Shown here piece by piece: positions 47,585 through 56,812 of a DNA stretch of 64,000 bases; the first letter of the stretch is position 1, and every line of letters starts with the position of its first letter. The notes beneath the pieces were generated by a model. That model was not told where the DNA came from and made no database searches. It saw only the letters and a list, made by a program, of their open reading frames with translations. Position numbers and translations under genes: made by a program. Source of the DNA: Treponemataceae bacterium (lineage in GTDB: Bacteria; Spirochaetota; Spirochaetia; Treponematales; Rectinemataceae); assembly GCA_963678065.2 (NCBI GenBank), contig CAXXVZ010000003.1, positions 1,056,001 to 1,120,000 of the forward strand. Direction: 5' to 3'.

Positions 47585-47654
47585 CGTTTCAGAATGGAAC
47601 AGTCATCGCTTCCAGCGATTGTTCCAAATCGGTACAGTGTCTCAGAATGGGGCA
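47585..47654. promoter_or_regulatory. Three 17-bp putative upstream activator boxes
   Basis: CGTTTCAGAATGGAACA (47585-47601), TGTTCCAAATCGGTACA (47620-47636), TGTCTCAGAATGGGGCA (47638-47654). Confidence 0.6.
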
Positions 47655-49574
47655 GTCGATATTCAGAGCCTCAATCTTGCGGTATAGAGTCGTCCGGCCT
47701 ATGCCGAGTGTCCGGGCCGCGAGGCTCATATTTCCCCGGTGGATCTGGAGGACGCGCCGGATATGGCGCCGTTCCATTTCCTCCAGACTCACGATCTCCT
47801 CTTCCATGGCACTTTCTCCCCGGTACAGAGCCATGCCGGCAATCGCGCGCGGCGTCTCCGTTTCCCGCGACGAAGGGAAGGAGACGACCCTTTCGGCGTT
47901 GATGATGAGTTCGATCAGGTTTTCCAGTTCGCGGACATTGCCCGGCCACTCGTACTCGACGAGGGAACGCAGGTAGGCATCGGGAAGTTTGATGGGTTTC
48001 TTGTTGAGCTTCCGCGAGATGCGGTTCATGAAGAAATCGATGAGGAGGGGAATGTCGTCCTTTCGCGAGCGAAGGGGCGGGAGGACGAGGGGCAGGACAT
48101 TGAGCCGGTAGTAGAGGTCTTTCCGGAAATTGCCTCGCTCCACCTCGATCTGCAGATTCTTGTTCGTCGCCGCGATGATGCGGGCATCTACCACGGTGTC
48201 ACGCGATCCGCCGACGCGGCAGATCGTCCCCTCTTCGATGACTCGCAGAAGTTGAGTCTGCAGGTCAAGCGGCATTTCACCGATCTCGTCAAGGAAGATG
48301 GTGCCACCATCCGCGATCTCGAACTTGCCGGGCTGCCCCGAACGCTTGGCGCCGGTGAAGGCGCCCTCGTCGTAACCGAAGAGTTCCGATTCGATCAGGG
48401 TGCGCGGCAGAGCCCCGCAATTGATCGCGACAAAGGCCTCATCCTTCCGGTCGCTCAGGTTGTGCACCGACTGGGCGAAGAGTTCCTTCCCCGTCCCGCT
48501 CTCCCCCAGAATGAGGATGGTCGAGCGGCTGTCCGCCATCTTCCTGGCAAAATCAATTGTGCGCAGAAAGTCCGGGTTCCGGCCTATGATCTTGTCGAAG
48601 GTATAGATGGCGCGGCGTCCGACAATCCTGTTCGCGAGTTTGCGCACCTTGCGCAGTTCCTTGAACACGAGGATCGCATCCCTGACCGAGCCGTGCTGAT
48701 CCACTATGGGATAGGCGCTCAGACTGAACTGGATCTTGTTCCGTCTGGCATTCACGGAGACATCTTCCTCCTGGAAAGAACGTTTCTCCAGGAGCGCTTC
48801 GCGGACTCTCTCCCAGCCTTCAAAGATTCCTCCGATCCGCATCCGCCGCATCTCGCCGGCATCGTATCCGAACATTTCGGCCGCCTGCACGCTCACTGTC
48901 TTGACTGTCCCGTCGAGGTCCGCGGTCAGTATGCCAGCAGTCAGGGAATCGATGATCGTCTCCGTATACCGTTTCGAGAGAGCAAGTTCTTCTACATACC
49001 GCCCGATGCGGAGGATTTTCCCGATCGCGTCGACTGCCGCCACGACCATGCCAAGAGTATGAGAGTGGACGCTCTCGCAATTCCCCGTCAGATCCAGTGC
49101 ACCGACGATCCTGCCACTCTCGTCCAGAATCGGCGCACCCGAGCAGGTCCATCGGTGGTAGGCTTCGACGAAATGTTCCGTACCGGAGATCTGGACGGCC
49201 ATCCCTTCGGCAAGAGCGGTGCCCATGGCGTTCGTACCGATGCTCCGCTCGTCCATGTACGCGCCAGGGATCATCTTGAGCGCGAAGGCCCTGGAAAGGA
49301 TGTCCTCGTCCCCCATGACCTTGAGGATGCAGCCTTCCTCGTCGGTGAGGATGGCAAAGAATCCGGATCCCTTCACGAAGCTGTAAAGTTGGTTGATGAA
49401 AGGCTCGGCCCCGACGATGAACTCGCGTTTCGCTTCCAGTTTTTCAAAAAGTTCGGATCCGGAAAGGATGCACGAGCTGAAGACACGATCCATCTCGATC
49501 CCGTAACTCCGGCATCGTTCGTGCGAACGGGCGACATATTCCCGATGGCCCATGTTCTCGCAATGCGCTTCCAT
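47589..49574 (-). CDS. Sigma-54-dependent activator, AcoR/AorR type (GAF-PAS-AAA-HTH)
   Basis: GTNAMGTAL, H..WTCS.API, GESGTGKE, GAFTGA, FLDEIGEMP, WPGNVREL, LGI.R.TLYRK. Confidence 0.92.
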   Translation of the reverse strand: MEAHCENMGHREYVARSHERCRSYGIEMDRVFSSCILSGSELFEKLEAKREFIVGAEPFINQLYSFVKGSGFFAILTDEEGCILKVMGDEDILSRAFALKMIPGAYMDERSIGTNAMGTALAEGMAVQISGTEHFVEAYHRWTCSGAPILDESGRIVGALDLTGNCESVHSHTLGMVVAAVDAIGKILRIGRYVEELALSKRYTETIIDSLTAGILTADLDGTVKTVSVQAAEMFGYDAGEMRRMRIGGIFEGWERVREALLEKRSFQEEDVSVNARRNKIQFSLSAYPIVDQHGSVRDAILVFKELRKVRKLANRIVGRRAIYTFDKIIGRNPDFLRTIDFARKMADSRSTILILGESGTGKELFAQSVHNLSDRKDEAFVAINCGALPRTLIESELFGYDEGAFTGAKRSGQPGKFEIADGGTIFLDEIGEMPLDLQTQLLRVIEEGTICRVGGSRDTVVDARIIAATNKNLQIEVERGNFRKDLYYRLNVLPLVLPPLRSRKDDIPLLIDFFMNRISRKLNKKPIKLPDAYLRSLVEYEWPGNVRELENLIELIINAERVVSFPSSRETETPRAIAGMALYRGESAMEEEIVSLEEMERRHIRRVLQIHRGNMSLAARTLGIGRTTLYRKIEALNIDCPILRHCTDLEQSLEAMTVPF

Positions 49575-49679
49575 TCTCTTGCTCCTATATTCCCACAAGG
49601 CGTTGACAGTATTCTGCCGCAACGTCGTTTTTGTCAAATCATATGAATCGGAACCGCTTCCTGCGGACGATACGGGTAC

Positions 49680-51323
49680 GTGGACAATACAGAAACATCG
49701 GCCCCGAATGCCGCCGGTCCCGCGGAGCATGACCACACAGGTCCTGACCCGGTCGCGGCGCTCGCGGCGGAACGCTTCGGCATCCCCTGCCTCATGCCCC
49801 TGCAGCGCTTTGTCGTGGCGAACATTCTCGACTCCGTAGAGGGTGAGAAAATGCGTCAGATGGTTCTTCTCCCCACAGGCTTCGGCAAGTCGCTGTGCTT
49901 CCAGCTGCCTTCGCTCCTCCTCCCCCGGCCGACCCTCGTCGTGTATCCCCTTCTCGCCCTCATGGCAGACCAGAAGCGGAGCCTCGACGCGAAAGGAATC
50001 GGTTCGGCGCTTTTCCGCGGCGGGATGGAATCCGATGAGCGCAGGCAGGCCGAGAGGGATGTCGAATCGGGAGCGGCCAAAATCATCATCACAAACCCCG
50101 AAAGCCTCGCCCGGGGGCAGCTGGCGGATTTCCTCAAATCGGTCAAGCCCTCGCACGTAGCGATCGACGAGGCGCATTGTGTGTCCGAATGGGGCGAGAC
50201 CTTCAGACCATCATATCTCGATCTCGGCCGTATCGTCGAAGAGCTGGACCCTCCCGCCGTGAGCGCCTTCACGGCCACAGCGAGTCCGACGGTTTCCGAA
50301 GCCATTTCCCGCATCATCTTCGGCGCGGCCCCATACAGGCTCGTGGCGGGGGACCCGGACAGACCGAACATCCACTTCTCGGTCGTGAGAACCCTGTGCA
50401 GAGAACACACGGTGACGAGACTCGCCGCCTCGATGCGAAAACCTCTCATCGTATTCTGTTCCTCGCGCGAGACGACCCAGATCCTCGCCCAAAGCCTCCG
50501 GGAACGCATTGGCCCGGAAGTCCGCTTCTACCATGCCGGCCTCGAGTGTGCAGAAAAGAAGACAATCGAAAGCTGGTTCATGGAGAGCAAGGCCGGCATA
50601 CTGATAGCCACATGCGCCTACGGAATGGGCGTCGATAAAAGCGATGTGCGCTCGGTCATCCACTACGAGGCGCCGCCCTCGGTGGAGGCTTATCTGCAGG
50701 AAGCGGGACGGGCGGGGCGGGATCGGGAGAATGCGGAGGCAGTACTCATCGTCCAGGAAGGGGGCGGCGCGGGCCGGTGCGCGGAAACGGACCCGGTGAG
50801 GGAAAAACGAAGGAGATTGATGGCGGGGTACGGGAAGGCGGAGGGATGCAGGAGGGAGGAACTCATGCGCATGATGGGAGTCGAACCGGGCAGCGTTCTC
50901 TGCTCGGGCTGCGATGTCTGTGAAGGCAGAGCCCGGAACTCTGCGGAGGGGATGGAGGAACTGCTCGATTTTTTCGGAAGGAACGGCAGGCGGCACAACA
51001 AAAAGGCCTCCATCCTCCTGCTTTCAGGAAAGGGAAAGGCCGGTCTGCGGCGCTGCGCGGGCTCGGGCAGCCTCTCCGGATGGGAGATGCGGGACCTGGC
51101 CCTCCTCGTGGCATCGGGGAAACAGGCTGGAATCCTGGGAGAGTCCGGGTCTTTCCCGTGGAAGGGAAAACTCTTCCTGACACGGCGGGGCCTCGCTCTC
51201 AGACGGGATCGACGGGCCGGACATGAGTGTCAGGAGCCTGTGTTACAGGAGAAAGGGAGAGCTGATACTGCGTTGACGATGGAAGTTTCGCCAGACGGGC
51301 CCGCCCCGAAGGCGAGCCCGTGA
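49680..51323 (+). CDS. recQ: RecQ family DNA helicase
   Basis: PTGFGKSLCFQLP, DEAHC.SEWG..FRP.Y, TATA, YHAG, YLQEAGRAGRD, CR...C..CD.C. Confidence 0.88.
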   Translation: MDNTETSAPNAAGPAEHDHTGPDPVAALAAERFGIPCLMPLQRFVVANILDSVEGEKMRQMVLLPTGFGKSLCFQLPSLLLPRPTLVVYPLLALMADQKRSLDAKGIGSALFRGGMESDERRQAERDVESGAAKIIITNPESLARGQLADFLKSVKPSHVAIDEAHCVSEWGETFRPSYLDLGRIVEELDPPAVSAFTATASPTVSEAISRIIFGAAPYRLVAGDPDRPNIHFSVVRTLCREHTVTRLAASMRKPLIVFCSSRETTQILAQSLRERIGPEVRFYHAGLECAEKKTIESWFMESKAGILIATCAYGMGVDKSDVRSVIHYEAPPSVEAYLQEAGRAGRDRENAEAVLIVQEGGGAGRCAETDPVREKRRRLMAGYGKAEGCRREELMRMMGVEPGSVLCSGCDVCEGRARNSAEGMEELLDFFGRNGRRHNKKASILLLSGKGKAGLRRCAGSGSLSGWEMRDLALLVASGKQAGILGESGSFPWKGKLFLTRRGLALRRDRRAGHECQEPVLQEKGRADTALTMEVSPDGPAPKASP

Positions 51324-51325
51324 CC

Positions 51326-53065
51326 TCAGCGTTTGCCCGCGAAGAGGGCCGCGATGCGCGCGAAAAGGCCTGGCTTGACGGAGGGAACCACCGCGGAAGC
51401 CGGAGTGGAGGGATGCGCGACGCCGTCTCCCGACGGTTTGCCGGGGCCGCCTTGGCTTCTGTCCGGGGACTGGGCCGCGGGGCGGGGCTGATTTGGCCTG
51501 CCGGCGCCCATCGGGTGCTTCGAAGAATCGGGTCCGACAAGGGGTGCCGGCTCTCCTGCCGGGCGGACGTTTCCGCCCGCCGCGTATTTTTCTCGGTACT
51601 TCCGCATCCGCTCGTCCTGTGACACGGAATACGGATCCCCCCCGCTCCGGACCGGAGCCCCGGTGACCGGCACACTCCGTTTTTCGGGAAATTCCTGTCC
51701 GTGGGCAGTCTGAACGGCTTCGTTCCTGACCTGAGCGTGTCGGGGGCGCGGAGGCTGCTGAGTGCCCCGGCGCTCGGGTTCGCGATCGACTCCGCGTCCG
51801 CCATCCCTCCGTCCGGGGAGCTCCGGGGATCGGCGGCGCGAGTCCTGACCGCCCCGGTCAGGACCGCGTCGGTCGGAACCGGGTCTGTCGTGGCTGTGCC
51901 GGTACTGGATGCGGGCGCTCTTGTCCTCGGGAAGGAGCTCCTCCCCGAAAGACAGCACGGGCACCTTGAATCCGATGAACTTCTCGACCGCGGGCAGACC
52001 GTAGACGAACTTTTCGCAGGCGAGGGTCACCGCCTTGCCCGACTTTCCGGCGCGGGCCGTCCGTCCGATGCGGTGAACGTAGGATTCGGCCTCGTTCGGA
52101 ACGTCGTAGTTGACGACGAGGTCGAGGGCATCGATGTCGAGACCGCGAGCCGCGACATCGGTCGCGACGAGGATCTCGAGCTTGCCCTCTTTGAGGTTGT
52201 TTATGATCGCGAGCCGCTTGCTCTGGGGCAGGTCGCCCATGATGTAGTCGCACTCGATCCCGTTCACGTGGAGGCGACGCGCCACTTCCTCGACCATGTT
52301 CTTCTGGTTGCAGAAGATGATGGCGCTCTTCGGCTTCTCCCGGTCGAGAAGGCCGAGGAGGAGGCGGAACTTCTCGTGGGAGCCGACGTGGTAGAGTTCC
52401 TGGGTCACGAGCTCGACGGTGACGTGTTCGGGCTCGATGACGATCTCCGTGGGCTTGTCCATGTATTCCCAGGCGAGATCCTTGACCCGAAGGCCCAGGG
52501 TGGCGGAGAAGAGGAAGGTCTGGCGGCGGCTCGCCTGGGGGAGATAGCGGAGGAGTCGACGCAAGTCGTCGACGAAGCCCATGTCGAACATCCGGTCGGC
52601 CTCGTCGATGACGAGGAAACCGACCTCGTTGAGCTTCATCCGGCCCTGCTGGAGAAGGTCGGTGATGCGTCCGGGAGTGCCGATGATGAACTGGACATCG
52701 TCCTTCAGCATGTCGAGCTGGGGGCCATATCCGACGCCGCCGTAGAAGGCACCCATTTTGATGCCAAGATATTTGCCGAGGCGGTCCGCCTCTTCTTGTA
52801 TCTGGACGGCGAGTTCGCGCGTGGGCGCGAGGATGAGGGCCTTCTTGTGGCCGAGTTCGGGGACTGTAAGGATGCGCTGAAAAATGGAAACGAGGAAAGC
52901 GGCTGTCTTGCCCGTGCCCGTCTGGGACTGGGCGTAGATGTCTCCGCCCTGGAAAGAGTGGGCGAAGACCTTTTCCTGGATCGGCATGCAGGTGATGTAG
53001 CCGGCCTCGTCGAGGCCCCTCTGCAGGTCGGGAGGAAGATGAAGTTCTGTGAATTGCATGTACAC
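51326..53065 (-). CDS. DEAD-box RNA helicase (RhlB-like)
   Basis: QSQTGTGKT, PTRELA, DEADRMFDMGF, FSAT, YVHRIGRTARAG; disordered basic tail. Confidence 0.88.
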   Translation of the reverse strand: MYMQFTELHLPPDLQRGLDEAGYITCMPIQEKVFAHSFQGGDIYAQSQTGTGKTAAFLVSIFQRILTVPELGHKKALILAPTRELAVQIQEEADRLGKYLGIKMGAFYGGVGYGPQLDMLKDDVQFIIGTPGRITDLLQQGRMKLNEVGFLVIDEADRMFDMGFVDDLRRLLRYLPQASRRQTFLFSATLGLRVKDLAWEYMDKPTEIVIEPEHVTVELVTQELYHVGSHEKFRLLLGLLDREKPKSAIIFCNQKNMVEEVARRLHVNGIECDYIMGDLPQSKRLAIINNLKEGKLEILVATDVAARGLDIDALDLVVNYDVPNEAESYVHRIGRTARAGKSGKAVTLACEKFVYGLPAVEKFIGFKVPVLSFGEELLPEDKSARIQYRHSHDRPGSDRRGPDRGGQDSRRRSPELPGRRDGGRGVDREPERRGTQQPPRPRHAQVRNEAVQTAHGQEFPEKRSVPVTGAPVRSGGDPYSVSQDERMRKYREKYAAGGNVRPAGEPAPLVGPDSSKHPMGAGRPNQPRPAAQSPDRSQGGPGKPSGDGVAHPSTPASAVVPSVKPGLFARIAALFAGKR

Positions 53066-53293
53066 ACTCGGTTCGTTCTAGGATTTTCTGCTTCTATTAT
53101 AATGGAAACGCCGGAAATTGTAAGGACGTCGCGGGAGGACCCCGGCCCGGCCTCGCCGCGCAAGCGCGACTGTGCTTGTTAAAGCCCGGATGGCGGATTA
53201 TTATGTGTCGAATGGGTACAATCCCGTATCGTAAAGAAACAGACCGGAAATAGCCGCGGAAGGCTCAGGCTGGAAGCGATGCCGCGGGAGCCT

Positions 53294-53336
53294 CCAGAGG
53301 CCATGCCAGAGGCAAAGCCAGAGGTGCAGCCAGAGG
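53294..53336. repeat. Four CCAGAGG direct repeats at 12-bp period upstream of pgi
   Basis: Copies start at 53294, 53306, 53318 and 53330. Confidence 0.8.
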
Positions 53337-53386
53337 CAGTGTTTCCAGCATGGCCAGAACGTAAGGCCGCGGGCAAGGAGTCACAC

Positions 53387-54958
53387 ATGATCCAGTTCAA
53401 AGACCTCGACAAGTGTAAATCATACCACGACCTCGCAGCTCTCCCCGTTCCGAGCGTCAACGCCATCCTCGACGCGGGGCGCGTCGCGTCCTGCGACATA
53501 CCTATCGGCGGGGGCCTCACCTACAACTACGCCGCGGCGCCCCTCGATGAAGCGGTTCTCGCCACTCTCGCGGCCCTCGCCTCGGAGCAGCAGCTCGTCG
53601 CCAAATACCGCTCACTCGCCGAAGGCGAAATCATGAATACCGGCGAGGGTCGCATGGTTCTCCACCACCTCGCGCGCGGCCAGCTCGGGGCCACCGTCCT
53701 CGTCGGGGACAGGGACATGAGGGCCTTCTATGAGTCCCAGAGGCTGAAGGCCACACAATTCGCCGAAGCCGTGCACGCAGGCGACATCGTCGGATCGACC
53801 GGCAAGCGCTTCCGGACAGCCGTCCAGATCGGCATCGGCGGCTCCGACCTCGGCCCCCGCGCCCTGTACATCGCCCTCGAACGCCAGGCCCGCGCGGAAG
53901 GCAGCCTCCGCATGGAAGCCCGCTTCATCTCCAATGTCGACCCGGACGACGCGGATGCCCTTCTCGCCAGGCTCGACCTCGCGACCAGCATCTTCATCCT
54001 CGTCTCCAAGAGCGGCACGACCCAGGAAACCCTCGCCAACGAGTGCCTCGTCCGAACGAGGCTCGAAGCGGCGGGGCTCGATCCCGCGAAGCACATGGTC
54101 GCCGTCACGAGCGAGACGAGCCCGCTGGCGAAGAACCCCGCCTACCGCGAAGTCTTCTTCATGGACGACTACATCGGCGGTCGCTACTCCTCGACGAGCG
54201 CCGTCGGCGCTGTCATCCTGAGCCTCGCCTTCGGCGGCGAAACCTTCGCCAGGTTCCTCGAAGGCGCCGCGGATGCCGACCGCGCGGCCATGGAGGAAGA
54301 CATCACGAAGAACGCCGCCCTCCTCGACGCCATGATCGGCCTCTACGAGCGGAATGTCCTCGGCATGGGCTGCACCGCCGTCCTGCCCTATTCGGAAGCC
54401 CTCTCGCGCTTCCCGGCCCACCTCCAGCAGCTCGACATGGAATCCAACGGCAAGAGGGTGAACCGCTCCGGCAGCCCCATCGGCTACTCCACCGGCCCCG
54501 TCGTCTTCGGCGAGCCCGGCACCAACGGCCAGCACTCCTTCTACCAGCTCCTCCACCAGGGGACCGACATAGTGCCTCTCCAGTTCATCGGCTTCCGGAA
54601 GAACCAGCTCTCCTCCGACCTCGAAGTCGAAGGGTCGACGGGCAGGGCCAAGCTCTGCGCCAACCTTGCGGCCCAGATCGTCGCCTTCGCCCGGGGAAAG
54701 GACGATGTGAACCCCAACAAAAAATTTCCCGGCGGCAGGCCCTCGACCCTCGTCCGGGGAGAGAGCCTCGGGGCCAGGGAGCTCGGGGCCCTCCTCGCCT
54801 TCTACGAGAACAAGGTCATGTTCCAGGGCTTTGCGTGGAACATCAACTCCTTCGACCAGGAGGGCGTCCAGCTCGGGAAGCTCCTCGCGAAGAAGGTCCT
54901 CGCAGGCGCGAAGGACGATCCGGTCCTCGCGGCCTACGCCGGGCTCTTCCTCTCCTGA
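53387..54958 (+). CDS. pgi: Glucose-6-phosphate isomerase
   Basis: IGIGGSDLG, SKSGTTQET, GGRYS, QQLDMESNGK, GTNGQHSFYQL, FDQEGVQLGK; AAGGAG RBS. Confidence 0.96.
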   Translation: MIQFKDLDKCKSYHDLAALPVPSVNAILDAGRVASCDIPIGGGLTYNYAAAPLDEAVLATLAALASEQQLVAKYRSLAEGEIMNTGEGRMVLHHLARGQLGATVLVGDRDMRAFYESQRLKATQFAEAVHAGDIVGSTGKRFRTAVQIGIGGSDLGPRALYIALERQARAEGSLRMEARFISNVDPDDADALLARLDLATSIFILVSKSGTTQETLANECLVRTRLEAAGLDPAKHMVAVTSETSPLAKNPAYREVFFMDDYIGGRYSSTSAVGAVILSLAFGGETFARFLEGAADADRAAMEEDITKNAALLDAMIGLYERNVLGMGCTAVLPYSEALSRFPAHLQQLDMESNGKRVNRSGSPIGYSTGPVVFGEPGTNGQHSFYQLLHQGTDIVPLQFIGFRKNQLSSDLEVEGSTGRAKLCANLAAQIVAFARGKDDVNPNKKFPGGRPSTLVRGESLGARELGALLAFYENKVMFQGFAWNINSFDQEGVQLGKLLAKKVLAGAKDDPVLAAYAGLFLS

Positions 54959-54970
54959 AGACAGACGAAC

Positions 54971-56209
54971 GTGAAAAACGAGGATTCGGTGGCGACAAAA
55001 AATAATGAAGGCGACCTTTTTGCAGGCGATCCTCTGGTCTCCAGGAGTACGGCTCCCGACATCCCGGGAGCGCCAAAGGCCGGGCCGGTCGTCGCGTTCA
55101 CGGGAGGGGGAACGGGGGGACACATCTACCCGGGACTCGCCGTCATCGAAGCCATGCGCGAACTAGGCTTTGTCGGCCGCGTCGTCTGGATCGGCTCGAA
55201 AAAGGAATCCGACCGGAAGGCGGTGGAGGGTTCGGGAGTGGAGTACATCGCCATTCCCTCGGGCAAGCTCAGACGCACACTCTCGCTCGAGAACCTTGTC
55301 GACTTTTTCAGGGTGGCCGCGGGGTATCTGCGTTCCCGGCGAGTAATGAGACACCTGAAACCCGATCTCCTGTTCTCCAAGGGCGGCTATGTGAGTGTTC
55401 CGCCCTGTCGGGCCGCGGCGCGACTCGGCATCCCCTTCTTCACCCATGAATCAGACCTCAGTCCGGGACTTGCGACGCGGCTCAACTCCCGGCAGGCAGA
55501 GGCCATCTTCACGAGCTACGACCAGACGCGGGACTACCTGCCTGCCGCCCTGCGGGATCGCGTCGTCGCTGTCGGCAACCCCGTGCGCGCCGCTTTCCGC
55601 CGCGCCGACGCCGCGCAGGGACGCCGTTTCCTGAAAGTTCCCGAAGGACTGCCCGTCGTCCTCTTCGTGGGAGGAAGCCAGGGAGCCCGCCAGATCAATG
55701 GAATCGTCGCCGCCATCCTCGGAGCCCTGACGGAAAAAGCCTTCGTGGTCCACCAGACGGGAGAGTCGGCGGGGAGCTTTGCCGGAATGGCGGGCTCGGC
55801 CGCGACGGTGGGCGCCGGGGTGCCGGGGCGCTACGCTCCGTTCGTCTACATCCGGGAGGAAATGCCCGAGGTGCTCGCCGCGGCTGACATAGTCGTCGGC
55901 CGTTCGGGCGCAGGCACACTCTGGGAGTGCTCCGCCCTCGGAAAACCCATGGTCCTCATTCCCCTGTGCGGCTCCGGGACGCGGGGAGACCAGGTCGACA
56001 ACGCCCGCCTCTTCGCCGACGCGGGAGCCGCGAAGGTGCTGGTCGGCGAGGAGGCCAGGCCGGAGGCCGTCCTCGCGGCCATACAGGACTACATCGAGCA
56101 TCCGGAAAAACGCGCAACGGCGGGCCGCGCGGCGTCCGCCCTCGCGGGGGCCGACGCCGCCCGCGAGATCGCGCGCATAATCATCGACAGAGTGGGAGGG
56201 CTTCCATGA
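54971..56209 (+). CDS. murG: Undecaprenyl-PP-MurNAc-pentapeptide GlcNAc transferase
   Basis: GGGTGGHIYP, KGGYVS.P, HE.D..PGLA, GNPVR, GGSQGA, DQ..NA. Confidence 0.95.
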   Translation: MKNEDSVATKNNEGDLFAGDPLVSRSTAPDIPGAPKAGPVVAFTGGGTGGHIYPGLAVIEAMRELGFVGRVVWIGSKKESDRKAVEGSGVEYIAIPSGKLRRTLSLENLVDFFRVAAGYLRSRRVMRHLKPDLLFSKGGYVSVPPCRAAARLGIPFFTHESDLSPGLATRLNSRQAEAIFTSYDQTRDYLPAALRDRVVAVGNPVRAAFRRADAAQGRRFLKVPEGLPVVLFVGGSQGARQINGIVAAILGALTEKAFVVHQTGESAGSFAGMAGSAATVGAGVPGRYAPFVYIREEMPEVLAAADIVVGRSGAGTLWECSALGKPMVLIPLCGSGTRGDQVDNARLFADAGAAKVLVGEEARPEAVLAAIQDYIEHPEKRATAGRAASALAGADAAREIARIIIDRVGGLP

Positions 56210-56802
56210 ATGTTCTGGACTGGATCCTTGCTGCCATCGTCGTTCTTCTCGCCATCCGCTGCCTCGTGCGCGGCTTCGTCAGGGAGGTCGCCTCCATCGC
56301 GGCCGCGATCGTGGGCCTGGCCTGCGCCCTCCTCTTCTTCAAAAAGGTGGGAATCTTCATCGGCTCGAAGATACCCCTGGGGGGATTCGCCGAGTTCGTG
56401 GGCTTTTTCACGGCCTTCCTCGCCGGCTTCATCGTCGTCCTCATCGTCGGAAGACTCCTGCGCGAGGGCTTCGAGGCCGCCCACCTGGAGAAGCTCGACA
56501 GCTTCCTCGGCTTCATCGGCGGAATCGTGGAAGGCATAGTCGTCGCCTCTGTCATCCTGGTGGTGGTCCAGATCCAGCCCCTCTTCGATACGAAAAAAAT
56601 CCTCGCGGAATCCCTGTTCGCGAAAAACATCCTGCCCGTCATCGGCCCCACCGTGGACGCGACCCTGAAGCCCATTCTCGGTTCGGATGGGAAGAAGCTG
56701 CCCACGATCACGCTCCCGAAACTCGTGGCGCCGGAGACGCCGAAGACTGCTCCGGCAAAACCGGCGACTCCGACCAGGACGACGACATCCGTGAAAAAAT
56801 AG
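56206..56802 (+). CDS. cvpA: CvpA family membrane protein
   Basis: MN.LD.I...RGFVRE, LD..LG...G..EG. Confidence 0.85.
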   Translation: MNVLDWILAAIVVLLAIRCLVRGFVREVASIAAAIVGLACALLFFKKVGIFIGSKIPLGGFAEFVGFFTAFLAGFIVVLIVGRLLREGFEAAHLEKLDSFLGFIGGIVEGIVVASVILVVVQIQPLFDTKKILAESLFAKNILPVIGPTVDATLKPILGSDGKKLPTITLPKLVAPETPKTAPAKPATPTRTTTSVKK

Positions 56803-56812
56803 AGGACCCGAC

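Noticed and set aside
49575..50177. Long N-terminal extension of the sigma-54 activator ORF (and similar extensions on tatC, mobA, plsC, pgi and the first OMP)
   Set aside because: Extensions overlap neighbouring genes or lie upstream of clear RBS/start sites; downstream starts were used
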